64,000 nucleotides of DNA from an uncultured Actinomycetes bacterium (GTDB lineage: Bacteria; Actinomycetota; UBA4738; JBBDTT01): assembly GCA_963742735.1 (NCBI GenBank), contig CAVUMN010000004.1, forward strand, positions 1,504,001-1,568,000, given 5' to 3'. Both the position numbers and the translations under genes were made by a program. Shown here in pieces: positions 29,041 through 38,791 of the stretch. Below the pieces are notes generated by a model. It made no database searches and was not told the DNA's origin. It saw only the letters and a program-made list of their open reading frames with translations. Every line of letters begins with the position of its first letter. The first letter of the stretch is position 1.

Positions 29041-31638
29041 CTACGAGGGCGAGTGTAGGAGAGGCTCGAGCGCGCCGGGAAGGTAGACGCGGAACGACGC
29101 CCCGCCGCCGGGGCGGTCCTCGACCCAGGCCCGCCCCCCGTGCAGCTCGGCGAACCGGGCGACCAGGGACAGCCCGATGCCGACGCCGGGGGCGTGGTCG
29201 GGCACCCCCGGACCTTGCTGGAAGGGTTCGAACAGCGCCTCCCGCAGGTCGGGGGACACGCCCTGACCGGCGTCCTCGACGGCGATCAGCACCCCGCGTT
29301 CGAACTCCCCGGCCCGGATCCAGATCGGGGTGCCCGGCGGGGTGTGGCGGGCCGCGTTCGCCAGCAGGTTCTCGATGATCCGTTCGACCTTCGGCCCGTC
29401 CACGGAGATCGTCAGCGAACCGGCATCGACCTGGATGGGCCGGCTCGGGAGCGAGGGCGACTCGCCGGCAACGCGCAGGATCAGCTCGCCGATGTCGACC
29501 GGCCGCCGGACCGGCTCCACGAGCCCCCGCGACAGGCGGTCGACGTCCAGCAGGTCCGACAGGAGCCGGTCGAGCTTGTCGGCGTTGGCCCCGAGGCGGC
29601 CCAGGAACGCGCGCTGCTCGTCCGGGCTGATCCGCTCGCTCTGGTGCTCGAGGGTCTTCGCGAACCCCAGGACCGCGGTCAGCGGCGTGCGGAGCTCGTG
29701 GGAGACCGCGGTCAGGAAGGCGTTCTTCATCGCGTCCAGGGAGCGCAGCTGCTCGGCGGCCTCCCGCTCGCGCTCGTACGCCTGGCGCAGGGCGTCCTCC
29801 GCCCTGGCGCGGTCGGTCACGTCCTGGCCGGTTCCGAACAGACGGGTCGGCTCGCCGTGCTCGTTGACGTCAACCTCGCCCTTGCCGGCCAGGATCCGGA
29901 CCTCGCCGCTCGGCAGGACGATGCGATGGTCGAGCGAGTACGGGCGCCCGCCCAGCAGGGCCTCCCCGATGGTCTCCTCGACGAGCGTCCGGTCCTCGGG
30001 GTGGATGCGCTCGATGAAGGTCTCGTAGGTGGGCCGGCACGTCTCGGGCGCCTCGCCGAAGATCCGGCACATCTCCGCCGACCACGTCAGCGCGCCGGTG
30101 CTCACGTCCCACTCCCAGCTCCCCAGCCCGGCGACGGCCTGGGCCTCGGCCAGCTGCTCCCGGCTGCTCCGCAGGGCGCGCTCCGCCAAGACGCGTTGGG
30201 TGATGTCGCGGATGATCGAGATCACCTGCGACGGCTCGGGCCCGCGGTCGAGCAGCTTCAGGGCGACCTCGACCTCGACCCGTCGCCCGTCCTTCCGGAT
30301 GAGGGCGGTCTCGTAGTGCTCGGGGACCTCGGTGCCGGCCCGGCGGAGGCGGTACCGCTCGATCAGCTCGGCGCGAACGTCCTCGGGCGCGAGCTCCATC
30401 AGCGAGCCGAGCCCGCGCAGCTCCTCGATCGTGTATCCCGTGATCCGCTCGTAGGCCTCGTTCGCGTAGACGAGGCTCAAGCCCTCGGCGACCACGACGC
30501 CCTCGCCGACGTCGCTCACCGTGTCGAGCAGCGTCTCGTACCGGACGGTCTCGGCGCGCAGCGCCTCGGACAGGCGGACCCGCTCCAGGCCGGGGCCGAT
30601 CACCGCGGCGAGCTGGGCCACCCGCGTGACCTCGTCCGAGCCGAACAGCGGCGTGTACGGGCCGGAGATCACGGCCACCACGCCGGCGCCCTCGGACGAC
30701 TCGAGCGATGCGACCACGGCGTGCCGGCCGTCCGCGAGCCGGGTCAGGTACGCCCCGTCCCGCGGCTCGAGGTGGGCCGACAGGCGGGCCACGGAGACCT
30801 CGGACAGGCCGACCGACGCGATGATCGCGCCGTTCCCGTCGCCGATGAACCCCGCGTCGGTCCCGAGGAGCCGCGTCGCCCAGTGCAGCGCGCGGCCGCC
30901 CAGGGCCGGGCGGTCGGCGGCGAAGCGGACCAGGTCGCTCATGGCTCGCATGAGCGCGTCCTCCTCGTGCCGGCGCCAGATCCTGCGGAGCCAACGAGGA
31001 GGCGCAAAGGAGACGTAGATGAGGGGGACCATGGCCAGACCGAGCCCGTACCCGATGATCGTCACGGTCGGACGGCGCGCCGCCGGCGAGAACGCGGTGA
31101 GACCCAGGATGATCGTGACCACCGACGCGTAGCCCACGCTGAGCGCGCGCAGCCGGCTGCGCTGCACCGGCGGCAGCGATCGCGCGGAGACCCAGAAGCC
31201 AACGACGGGCTCGAACATGCACGCACTCCACACGACCAGCAGGCCCAGGAGGGCGGCGGTCTGGCCCGGCGAGTACATCGCGTCCGGCCCGCCGGGCAGC
31301 GCCACGGCGATGGCCACCGTTCCGCTGAGCATCACGGCCGCCGCCGCCGCGCGGTGCCGGCGGCGAGCCAGCGGGACGAACGTGCCCCGGAATCGCAGGA
31401 AGCTGTACCCGCTCACCAGGAGGAGGACGATGGTGGCGTCGGTCAGCAGCTGCGAGCGGAACCCGACCTCCTCGGAGATCCGGCCGAGCCACGACATGGC
31501 CCCGAGGGACCCGAGGGCGATCGCCAGCAAGAGGTGCCGGGATTCCCGGGTTCGCCGCCACGCGGCGACGTTCACCAGGGCGAGCAGCAGGAACGCTGCT
31601 CCACCGGCGACCTCGAGGATCTCCACGGCCTGTCGCAT
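29041..31638 (-). CDS. Membrane PAS-domain sensor histidine kinase
   Basis: N-terminal TM helices, two PAS domains, H-box SHELRTPL, NLLANA, DAGQG and GIGLSL. Confidence 0.9.
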   Translation of the reverse strand: MRQAVEILEVAGGAAFLLLALVNVAAWRRTRESRHLLLAIALGSLGAMSWLGRISEEVGFRSQLLTDATIVLLLVSGYSFLRFRGTFVPLARRRHRAAAAAVMLSGTVAIAVALPGGPDAMYSPGQTAALLGLLVVWSACMFEPVVGFWVSARSLPPVQRSRLRALSVGYASVVTIILGLTAFSPAARRPTVTIIGYGLGLAMVPLIYVSFAPPRWLRRIWRRHEEDALMRAMSDLVRFAADRPALGGRALHWATRLLGTDAGFIGDGNGAIIASVGLSEVSVARLSAHLEPRDGAYLTRLADGRHAVVASLESSEGAGVVAVISGPYTPLFGSDEVTRVAQLAAVIGPGLERVRLSEALRAETVRYETLLDTVSDVGEGVVVAEGLSLVYANEAYERITGYTIEELRGLGSLMELAPEDVRAELIERYRLRRAGTEVPEHYETALIRKDGRRVEVEVALKLLDRGPEPSQVISIIRDITQRVLAERALRSSREQLAEAQAVAGLGSWEWDVSTGALTWSAEMCRIFGEAPETCRPTYETFIERIHPEDRTLVEETIGEALLGGRPYSLDHRIVLPSGEVRILAGKGEVDVNEHGEPTRLFGTGQDVTDRARAEDALRQAYEREREAAEQLRSLDAMKNAFLTAVSHELRTPLTAVLGFAKTLEHQSERISPDEQRAFLGRLGANADKLDRLLSDLLDVDRLSRGLVEPVRRPVDIGELILRVAGESPSLPSRPIQVDAGSLTISVDGPKVERIIENLLANAARHTPPGTPIWIRAGEFERGVLIAVEDAGQGVSPDLREALFEPFQQGPGVPDHAPGVGIGLSLVARFAELHGGRAWVEDRPGGGASFRVYLPGALEPLLHSPS

Positions 31639-31755
31639 GGGGTTCGCCTTGGGGTATCGGCACGCGGGGAGGCCTCCAACAGGCTCGGCGGGCCGATGAG
31701 GACTAGCCAGAACGAGTCAATTCCGGTCGTGAGGACGGCGGGTAGCATGGCGGGC

Positions 31756-32205
31756 ATGCGATTCCGGACGAAGGTCCTGCTCTCCGGAAGGACCGCCACC
31801 GGCGTGGAGGTCCCCGCGAAGGTGGTCGAGGGCCTGGGCTCCGGCAAGCGGCCGGCGGTCCGCGTGACGATCAACGGCCACACGTACCGGAGCACCGTGG
31901 CGGTCATGGGCGGCACGTTCATGCTCGGGATCAGCGCGGAGGTGCGGGCGGCCGCCGGGATCGCGGCCGGCGACCGGGTCGACGTGGACCTGGAGCTCGA
32001 CACCGCGCCCCGCGAGGTGACCGTGCCACCCGACCTGGCGAAGGCCCTGAAGGCCGACGCGAAGGCGAAGGGGTTCTTCGACGGCCTCTCGTACAGCCGC
32101 AAGAGCTGGCACGTGCTCTCGATCGAGGGCGCCAAGACGCCGGAGACCCGCGCGCGTCGCATCGAGAAGTCGATCGGGATGCTCCGAGAGGGCCGCAACC
32201 CCTAG
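31756..32205 (+). CDS. DUF1905 / YdeI-OmpD-associated protein
   Basis: Motifs KRPAVRVTING, PREVTVPPDL and AKTPETRARRIEK. Confidence 0.85.
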   Translation: MRFRTKVLLSGRTATGVEVPAKVVEGLGSGKRPAVRVTINGHTYRSTVAVMGGTFMLGISAEVRAAAGIAAGDRVDVDLELDTAPREVTVPPDLAKALKADAKAKGFFDGLSYSRKSWHVLSIEGAKTPETRARRIEKSIGMLREGRNP

Positions 32206-32211
32206 CCGGCC

Positions 32212-34797
32212 ATGACAGAGCTCCCTACCGGAACCGTCACCTTCCTCTTCACCGACATCGAGGGCTCGACCAAGCTGCTCCAGGCACTCGGCGACCGCTG
32301 GCAGCCCGTGCTCGAGGACCACCACCGGCTGATGCGCGACGCCATCCGCCGGGCCGGCGGGATCGACCTGCGCACCGAGGGCGACTCCTTCTTCGCCGTC
32401 TTCGACCGCCCGGCGGCGGCCGTGGCCGCCACCGCGGCGGCCCAGCGGGCGCTGGCGGGCCACGAATGGCCGGCCGACCACGAGGTGCGGGTGCGGATGG
32501 GCATGCACACCGGCGAGGGGACGCTCGGCGGGGACGACTACCTCGGCCTCGACGTGCACCGCGCCGCCAGGATCGCCTCCGCCGCCCACGGGGGGCAGGT
32601 CCTGCTCTCGGAGGCCACCCGTTCGGTAGCCGAGCACGACCTGCCGGCCGGCGTCGGCGTCCAGAGCCTCGGGGCGCACCGCCTGAAGGACCTGGCGCGT
32701 CCCGAGCAGATCTTTCAGCTCGCGATCGAGGGGCTGCCCGCCGAGTTCCCCCCGATCCGGTCGCTCGGAACGCCGACCAACCTGCCCGTTCAGCGCACCG
32801 CGTTCATCGGCCGCGAGCAGGAGGTGGCGCGGGTCCGCGAGCTCCTGAAGGGCCCCGGGCTGCTGACCCTCACCGGCCCGGGGGGAAGCGGCAAGACCCG
32901 GCTGTCCCTGCAGGCCGCCCGCGAGCTCCTGGACGACTATCCGGGCGGGGTGTTCTTCGTGCAGCTCGAGGCGATCACCGACCCCCTGTTGGTCCCCTCG
33001 GCCATCGCGGGCACGGTGGGGGTTCGCTCCGAGGGAGCCCGCCCGATCCTGGACATCCTGCGCGAGCACGTCCGAGACCGGGAGATGCTCCTGGTGCTCG
33101 ACAACTTCGAGCAGGTCCTGGGCGCGGCCCCGGTGGTGGGTGACCTGCTCGACGCGGCGCCGCAGCTGCGCGTGCTGGCGACCAGCCGCGAGCCGTTGCA
33201 CGTGGCGGGCGAGCAGGAGCTCGCCGTGCCGCCGCTGGCCGAGTCCGAGGCCGTGGGACTGTTCGTCCAACGGGCCGCGGCCGTGGACCCGGCGTTCGAG
33301 CGAACCGAGGCCAACGCGCCGGCGATCGCCGAGATCTGCCGGCGCCTCGACGGACTCCCCCTGGCCATCGAGCTTGCGGCCTCGAGGGTGAAGCTCCTGT
33401 CCCCGGGGGCAATCCTGGAGCGGCTGGGATCCCGGCTGGAGCTCCTGGCGGGCGGGCCCGTCGACCTGCCGGCGCGGCAGCGCACGCTCCGCGAGGCCAT
33501 CGCGTGGAGCCACGACCTGCTCGACGAGTCCGAGCGGGTCCTCTTCCGGCGCCTGGCGGTGTTCGCCGGTGGCTGGACGCTGGAGGCGGCCGAGGCGGTG
33601 GCCGGTGCGGATCTGGGGGGCGACGCGTTGGAGGTCCTCGGCTCCCTGATCGACAAGAGCCTGGTCATCCGGGTGCCGTCCGCCTCGGGCGGGAGCCGGT
33701 TCGGGATGTTGGAGACCATCCGCGAGTTCGCCCGCGAGCGGCTCGAGGAGGCGGAGGAGGGAGGCGCGGTACGCGACCGCCATTTCCGGTACTTCCTCGA
33801 ACGGGCGGTCGCCGCGGAGCCGCAGCTTCGCCTGGCCGACCAGCGCCGGTGGCTCGACGAGCTCGAGGAGGAGCACGACAACCTCCGGGGGGCCCTGCGG
33901 TGGGCGGCCGACGACCGGCGGACGCTCGAGGGGCTCCGGTTCGCGGCGGCGCTGTGGCGGTTCTGGCACCTGCACGCCCACCTGGCCGAGGGGCGCCGGT
34001 GGCTGGAGGAGGTGCTGGCCCTTCCCGGCGCCGAGGAGCCGACCACCGAGCGGTGGGCCGCGCTGACCGCCCTCGGGGGCCTGGCCTACTGGCAGCAGGA
34101 CCTGGACGGAATCCGCCAGGCGTATGAGGGGTCCCTGGTGCTGGCGAGGGACCTGGGTGACCGGGAAGCCGAGGCCGAGGCGCTCTACAACATGGCCTAC
34201 GTGAAGGCGGCCGAGGGCGATTTCGAAGAGGCGATCGCGCTGGCCGAGGAGTCGCTCGCGCGGAGCCGCGAGCTCGGGTTCGACCGGGTGGCGGGCGACT
34301 GCCTGTTCCTCCTCGGGATCGGGGCCAGGCTCATGGGAGACCTCGACAAGGCGCAGGCCCTGACCGATGAGTCTCTGCAGACCCATCGCGCCCGAGGAGA
34401 CCGGTTCGGAGGCACGATCGCCCTGTACGCGGTGGGGCGGGTCGCGTTCGCCCAGGGGGACATGGCCAGGTCGCGGGCGGTGTTCCTCGAGGCGCTCGAC
34501 CACGACGAGAACATCGGGAACCAGACGGGCATGGCCGTGATCTTCGAGAACCTGGGCGCCCAGGCCGCGATCCACGGTGACCATGTCCGCGCGGTGCGGC
34601 TCGGCGGTGCGGCCTCGGCGCTCAAGGAGGTGGTGGGCGGCGAGGCCCCTCCGTCGCTCATCGACATCCCGGATCCGCGGGTGGAGGCCCGCGAGGTCCT
34701 GGGCGAGGCCGCGGTGAACGCGGCGTGGGAGGAGGGCCGCGCGATGCCGCTGGAGCAGGTGTTGTCCTACGCCCGGGAGGAGGCCCAAGATGGGTAG
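32212..34797 (+). CDS. Adenylate/guanylate cyclase - STAND ATPase - TPR protein
   Basis: Motifs FTDIEGST, EGDSFF, GPGGSGKT, LDNFE and DGLPLAIELAA; helical repeats at the C-terminus. Confidence 0.88.
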   Translation: MTELPTGTVTFLFTDIEGSTKLLQALGDRWQPVLEDHHRLMRDAIRRAGGIDLRTEGDSFFAVFDRPAAAVAATAAAQRALAGHEWPADHEVRVRMGMHTGEGTLGGDDYLGLDVHRAARIASAAHGGQVLLSEATRSVAEHDLPAGVGVQSLGAHRLKDLARPEQIFQLAIEGLPAEFPPIRSLGTPTNLPVQRTAFIGREQEVARVRELLKGPGLLTLTGPGGSGKTRLSLQAARELLDDYPGGVFFVQLEAITDPLLVPSAIAGTVGVRSEGARPILDILREHVRDREMLLVLDNFEQVLGAAPVVGDLLDAAPQLRVLATSREPLHVAGEQELAVPPLAESEAVGLFVQRAAAVDPAFERTEANAPAIAEICRRLDGLPLAIELAASRVKLLSPGAILERLGSRLELLAGGPVDLPARQRTLREAIAWSHDLLDESERVLFRRLAVFAGGWTLEAAEAVAGADLGGDALEVLGSLIDKSLVIRVPSASGGSRFGMLETIREFARERLEEAEEGGAVRDRHFRYFLERAVAAEPQLRLADQRRWLDELEEEHDNLRGALRWAADDRRTLEGLRFAAALWRFWHLHAHLAEGRRWLEEVLALPGAEEPTTERWAALTALGGLAYWQQDLDGIRQAYEGSLVLARDLGDREAEAEALYNMAYVKAAEGDFEEAIALAEESLARSRELGFDRVAGDCLFLLGIGARLMGDLDKAQALTDESLQTHRARGDRFGGTIALYAVGRVAFAQGDMARSRAVFLEALDHDENIGNQTGMAVIFENLGAQAAIHGDHVRAVRLGGAASALKEVVGGEAPPSLIDIPDPRVEAREVLGEAAVNAAWEEGRAMPLEQVLSYAREEAQDG

Positions 34798-34812
34798 CAG
34801 GAAGGAGGCGAG

Positions 34813-35385
34813 ATGTTCGAAATCGACACGCTGATCGCCGACTGCCAGGAAGCTCTCGCCGACCCCGATCCCCAGCGGGCCGTCCGCGAGGTCCTGATCC
34901 GAACGTTGGAGAAGCCGGACCCGGTCGCCGACGTGCTCGGCAAGCCCGAGGGCGGCCTCGACTTCCTGTACAACTCGCCGGAGCTGACGGTCCTCAACGC
35001 CATCTGGGCGCCCGGGATGCACCTGTACCCCCACGACCACCGGATGTGGGCGGTGATCGGGATCTACGGCGGCGCCGAGGACAACGTGCTGTTCCGCCGC
35101 GGCCCCGAGCACATCGTCCCGGCCGGCGGCCGGACGATCCGCGACTCCGACGTGCTGGCCCTGGGGACCGACGCCATCCACTCCGTGGCCAATCCGGAAC
35201 GACGGTTCACCGGGGCCGTCCACGTCTACGGGGGTGACTTCTTGAACCAGCCGCGCAGTCAGTGGGATCCCGACACGCTGGTGGAGCAGCCCTACGACCT
35301 GGACGAGGTCAAGCGCCGGTTCGCGCAGGCCAACGCGGAGTGGGCGGCCCAGCTCGGCCAGGACCTGGACGAGACCGCCGGCTGA
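34813..35385 (+). CDS. Cysteine-dioxygenase-like cupin
   Basis: Motifs PHDHRMWAVIG, IHSVANP and HVYGG. Confidence 0.75.
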   Translation: MFEIDTLIADCQEALADPDPQRAVREVLIRTLEKPDPVADVLGKPEGGLDFLYNSPELTVLNAIWAPGMHLYPHDHRMWAVIGIYGGAEDNVLFRRGPEHIVPAGGRTIRDSDVLALGTDAIHSVANPERRFTGAVHVYGGDFLNQPRSQWDPDTLVEQPYDLDEVKRRFAQANAEWAAQLGQDLDETAG

Positions 35386-35389
35386 CGGT

Positions 35390-36775
35390 CTACCCGGGCC
35401 GGACCATCCGGTTGCCCTGGAACAGGTTCGCGGGGTCGTAGGTCTGCTTGACGGTCTGCAGCCGCTCGTAGTTCTGGCCGTAGGAGTCGCGGAGCAGGTT
35501 CTCGCCCTCCTCCAGGAAGCCGGGGAAGTTCAGGTAGGTGCCGCCGCCCGGGAACCGGTCCATGTCCTCGACGATCCCCCGGACCCACGCGATGTTCGCA
35601 TCGTCGTCGGCCGGGGCCTCCCAGTTGCCCTCCGCGCCGATGAGGATGGGCGAGCTCCGATCGCCGAACGCGGTGTCGGTCGCGCCGACGCGGGTCATGG
35701 CGCCGCCCTGGTACCAGATGTCGAGCGTCGAGAGCTTCGAGGGCGCCGCCTCACAGTGCGCCACCAGCCGGTCGATGACCTCGTCGGTGAGCGCGTCCAG
35801 GTGGATCGACTTCCAGTAGTAGCGGCGGCCGTCCGGGTAGTCCTCGTCGAACAGCGACTGGAGCTGGACGTAGGGCATACGGCCGGTGATGTCCATGATC
35901 GGCTCGCCCAGCTCGCGCAGCGGCTGGACGAGCTTCTCGCCCTCGGCGGGGTCGCCGGGGTAGACCGCGGCGCAGATGACGGCCGGCGCGCCGTGATGCT
36001 CGGCCGGGAACGGGTCGCCGGCCGGGATCGCGCCGAAGAACGCCAATGGGCTGAGGTCCTCCGGTGCGTTCTGCGTGAACTCGTCCACCGCGCGAAAGAC
36101 CTCCGCGGCCATCGCGCCGGGGTAGAAGAGGCCGGCGACCGCCACCTCCGGCCCCACCGGGTGGAGGCGGTACTCGAAGGTGGTGACGACGCCGAGTCCG
36201 CCCCCGCCGCCGCGCAGGCCCCAGAACAGGTCGGCGTTCTCGTCCTCGCTCGCGGTCAGCACCTGCCCGTCCGCCGTGACGACCTCGGCGGAGGTGAGGT
36301 TGTCGCAGCTCAGGCCGTACTTGCGCCGGAGCCAGCCCATGCCCCCGCCCAGGGTGATCCCGGCGATGCCGGTCTCCGACTGCAGGCCCAAGGGGGTGGC
36401 CAGGCCGTGGGCCTGGGTGGCCCGGTCGACGTCGGCGAGCTTCGACCCGCCGCCCGCGCGGGCGAGCTTCCGATCGGCATCGACGCTGACCTCGTTCATG
36501 GAGGACAGGTCGATGACCAGGGCGTCGTCCGCCACGGCCAGTCCGGCGACGTTGTGCCCGCCGCCCCGGACGGTTACGGGAAGATCGTGGTCTCGCGCGA
36601 AGCCGACCGCCGCGACGACGTCCTGGACGCTCGCGCACCGGACGACCACGGCCGGGCGCTTGTCGATGACGCCGTTCCAGACCCGGCGGGCGTCCTCGTA
36701 GTCGGCATCCTCGGGCCCGATCGCCTGGCCCGTCAGCGTTCCGCGAAGTCCCTCCAGATCCAGATCGTTCGCCAT
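35390..36775 (-). CDS. FAD-linked oxidase (berberine-bridge family)
   Basis: Motifs VRGGGHN, TLGGGMG, LFWGLRGGG, YLNF and YDPANLF. Confidence 0.9.
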   Translation of the reverse strand: MANDLDLEGLRGTLTGQAIGPEDADYEDARRVWNGVIDKRPAVVVRCASVQDVVAAVGFARDHDLPVTVRGGGHNVAGLAVADDALVIDLSSMNEVSVDADRKLARAGGGSKLADVDRATQAHGLATPLGLQSETGIAGITLGGGMGWLRRKYGLSCDNLTSAEVVTADGQVLTASEDENADLFWGLRGGGGGLGVVTTFEYRLHPVGPEVAVAGLFYPGAMAAEVFRAVDEFTQNAPEDLSPLAFFGAIPAGDPFPAEHHGAPAVICAAVYPGDPAEGEKLVQPLRELGEPIMDITGRMPYVQLQSLFDEDYPDGRRYYWKSIHLDALTDEVIDRLVAHCEAAPSKLSTLDIWYQGGAMTRVGATDTAFGDRSSPILIGAEGNWEAPADDDANIAWVRGIVEDMDRFPGGGTYLNFPGFLEEGENLLRDSYGQNYERLQTVKQTYDPANLFQGNRMVRPG

Positions 36776-36862
36776 CTGCGTCCCCCCTCGGTCGACACGG
36801 CCGATCGCGAGCAGCCCGAATCATGTCACTGGTCGCGTGGGTGGGGGTACGAGTGGGCCCTG

Positions 36863-37039
36863 TCAAGTGCCACCTGATGCTTGACGCTTTGTAGTCGGCT
36901 GATAGCGGGCGATCCAAGCGTGGACGCTCTGCCTCGAGACACCGAGGCGTCGAGCGACCTCCACGACCGTCCATCCATCCTGGACCACCGCCAGGACCGC
37001 CTGGTACCGCTGCTCCATGACGCTGAGCTCCACCAGCAC
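36863..37039 (-). pseudogene. IS481 transposase N-terminal remnant
   Basis: VLVELSVMEQRYQAVLAV...VARRLGVSRQSVHAWIARY (HTH), then runs into the right end of the element. Confidence 0.8.
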
Positions 37040-37092
37040 CGCCGTACCTCCTCCTCGTCGACTCCAACAAGGAGAAACCACTGCGGCGCGAC

Positions 37093-37202
37093 GTCAAGCA
37101 TCAGCCGAAGCCACCGTCAAGGATCACCCGAAACAGGTGTCAAGGATCAGCCGAAGCCGTGTCCAGGATCAGGTGACGCCGGAACGTCCAGCATCACCCG
37201 GA
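37093..37202. repeat. Five ~17-bp subterminal IS repeats
   Basis: GTC(A/C)AG(C/G)ATCA-core units at 37093, 37116, 37139, 37161 and 37186. Confidence 0.75.
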
Positions 37203-37218
37203 ACACGACAGGTACGAG

Positions 37219-37293
37219 TGGGCCCTACAGGATTCGAACCTGTGACGCATGGATTAAGAGTCCATCGCTCTGACCAGACTGAGCTAAGGGCCC
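37219..37293 (-). tRNA. tRNA-Lys(CTT)
   Basis: GGGCCCT acceptor stem, ATGGA-CT-CTT-AA-TCCAT anticodon arm, GGTTCGAATCC. Confidence 0.95.
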
Positions 37294-37341
37294 GCGCGAG
37301 TATACGAAACGCCGCCCGCGCGACGGTTCGCGGAGCAAGAG

Positions 37342-37416
37342 GGTGACCGAGGGGACTTGAACCCCCAGCCTCCGGGACCACAACCCGGCGCTCTAACCAA
37401 TTGAGCTACGGCCACC
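37342..37416 (-). tRNA. tRNA-His(GTG)
   Basis: G-1/C73 pair, CCGGG-TT-GTG-GT-CCCGG anticodon arm, GGTTCAAGTCC. Confidence 0.95.
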
Positions 37417-37491
37417 ATGTGGGTGCTGCGCCTCCATTGTAGGAGAGCGGACCGGGCATCCTCCCGCGCTTCCCGGCTAGAGTCCCCGGCC

Positions 37492-38790
37492 ATGCGCAGC
37501 CGATCCGTTCTCTTGTTTGCGGCCTTCGCGCTGCTCGCCTCGGCCTGCGACGGCGGCGAGCCGACGGCCAGCCCCACGGCCGGGAATCTCTCCGGCGAGG
37601 TCAGCTTCATGGTGTTCGGGGACCCCGAGGAGCTCCAGGCGTTCCGCAACGCCATCGACGGGTTCAAGGCGGTCCAGCCGAACGTCACCGTAAACCTGGT
37701 CGAGGCCAGCGACCGCGGCGACCTGATCGCCCGCCTCTCGACCTCGTTCTCCGCCGGCGAGCCGCCGGACCTGTTCCTGCTGAACTACCGCTTCTATGCG
37801 CAGTTCGCCGCGCGGCAGGTGCTCGAGCCGATCGAGCCCTACGTCGAGGGTTCCGACGTGGTCTCCGTGGAGGACTTCTACGAGCCTCCGATGGAGGCGT
37901 TCACGTTCGATGGGACGCTGACGTGCCTTCCCCAGAACGTCTCCAGCCTGGTCGTCTACTACAACCAGGACCTGTTCGAGGACGCCGGCGTGGTGCGTCC
38001 GCAGGCGGGGTGGACCTGGGACGACATGGTCGCCGCGGCGCAGTCGCTGACCATCGATCGCGGGAACGACGGGACGGTCGACCAGTACGGGCTGGGCGTC
38101 GATCCCGAGATCATCCGGCTGGCGCCGTTCGTGTGGTCGAACGGGGGAGAGGTCGTCGATGACCAGGCAGCCCCCACGCGGTTCACCCTGGACACGCCGG
38201 AGGCGCAGGAGGCCTTCCAGAAGTTCGTCGACCTGCGACGGGTGCACCTGGTGGTCCCGAACGAGGAGGAGATCGAGTCGGAGGACAACGAGGCGCGCTT
38301 CCAGAACGGCACGACGGCCATGGTCATGTCGTCGCGCCGCTCGACGCCTGCCTTCCGGACGATCACCGACTTCGAGTGGGACGTGGCGCCGATCCCGGTC
38401 CTCGGCGAGCCGGCGGGGATCCTGCACTCCGACGCGTACTGCATGACGAAGGCCTCGGAGAACAAGGACGCCGCGTGGGCGTTCATGGAGTTCGCCCTGG
38501 GGCCGGAGGGACAGCGGATCACGTCGGCGGTCGGGCGCACCGTCCCCTCGCTGAAGGACGTCGCCGAGTCGGACGCATTCCTGGACCCCTCGGTCTCCCC
38601 GAGGAGCTCGCAGGTGTTCCTGGACACGATCCCGGTGATCCGTCGGGTGCCGAACGTCTCGACGTGGCCGGAGATCGAGGACGCGGTCAACCCCATCCTG
38701 GAGACGGCGTTCTACGAGACCGGCGACGAGGAAGAGGCGGCCCGCTTGATCGACCAGGCGACCCGGGAGATCTTCGCCCGCGCCGAGTGA
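37492..38790 (+). CDS. Sugar ABC substrate-binding lipoprotein (no permeases nearby)
   Basis: Lipobox ASAC; motifs PPDLF, YYNQDLF, WTWDD and AAWAFMEF. Confidence 0.85.
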   Translation: MRSRSVLLFAAFALLASACDGGEPTASPTAGNLSGEVSFMVFGDPEELQAFRNAIDGFKAVQPNVTVNLVEASDRGDLIARLSTSFSAGEPPDLFLLNYRFYAQFAARQVLEPIEPYVEGSDVVSVEDFYEPPMEAFTFDGTLTCLPQNVSSLVVYYNQDLFEDAGVVRPQAGWTWDDMVAAAQSLTIDRGNDGTVDQYGLGVDPEIIRLAPFVWSNGGEVVDDQAAPTRFTLDTPEAQEAFQKFVDLRRVHLVVPNEEEIESEDNEARFQNGTTAMVMSSRRSTPAFRTITDFEWDVAPIPVLGEPAGILHSDAYCMTKASENKDAAWAFMEFALGPEGQRITSAVGRTVPSLKDVAESDAFLDPSVSPRSSQVFLDTIPVIRRVPNVSTWPEIEDAVNPILETAFYETGDEEEAARLIDQATREIFARAE

Positions 38791-38791
38791 A

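Larger units (their letters stand above)
36861..37210 (-). mobile_element. Internally deleted IS481-family element (350 bp, MITE-like)
   Basis: TGT-starting 26-bp imperfect inverted repeats (19/26 match), flanking 15-bp direct repeat GGTACGAGTGGGCCC, and a transposase N-terminus. Confidence 0.85.

Noticed and set aside
37093-37202. CRISPR-like repeat array
   Set aside because: The period is only 22-25 bp, the units are degenerate, they lie inside an IS end, and there are no cas genes.
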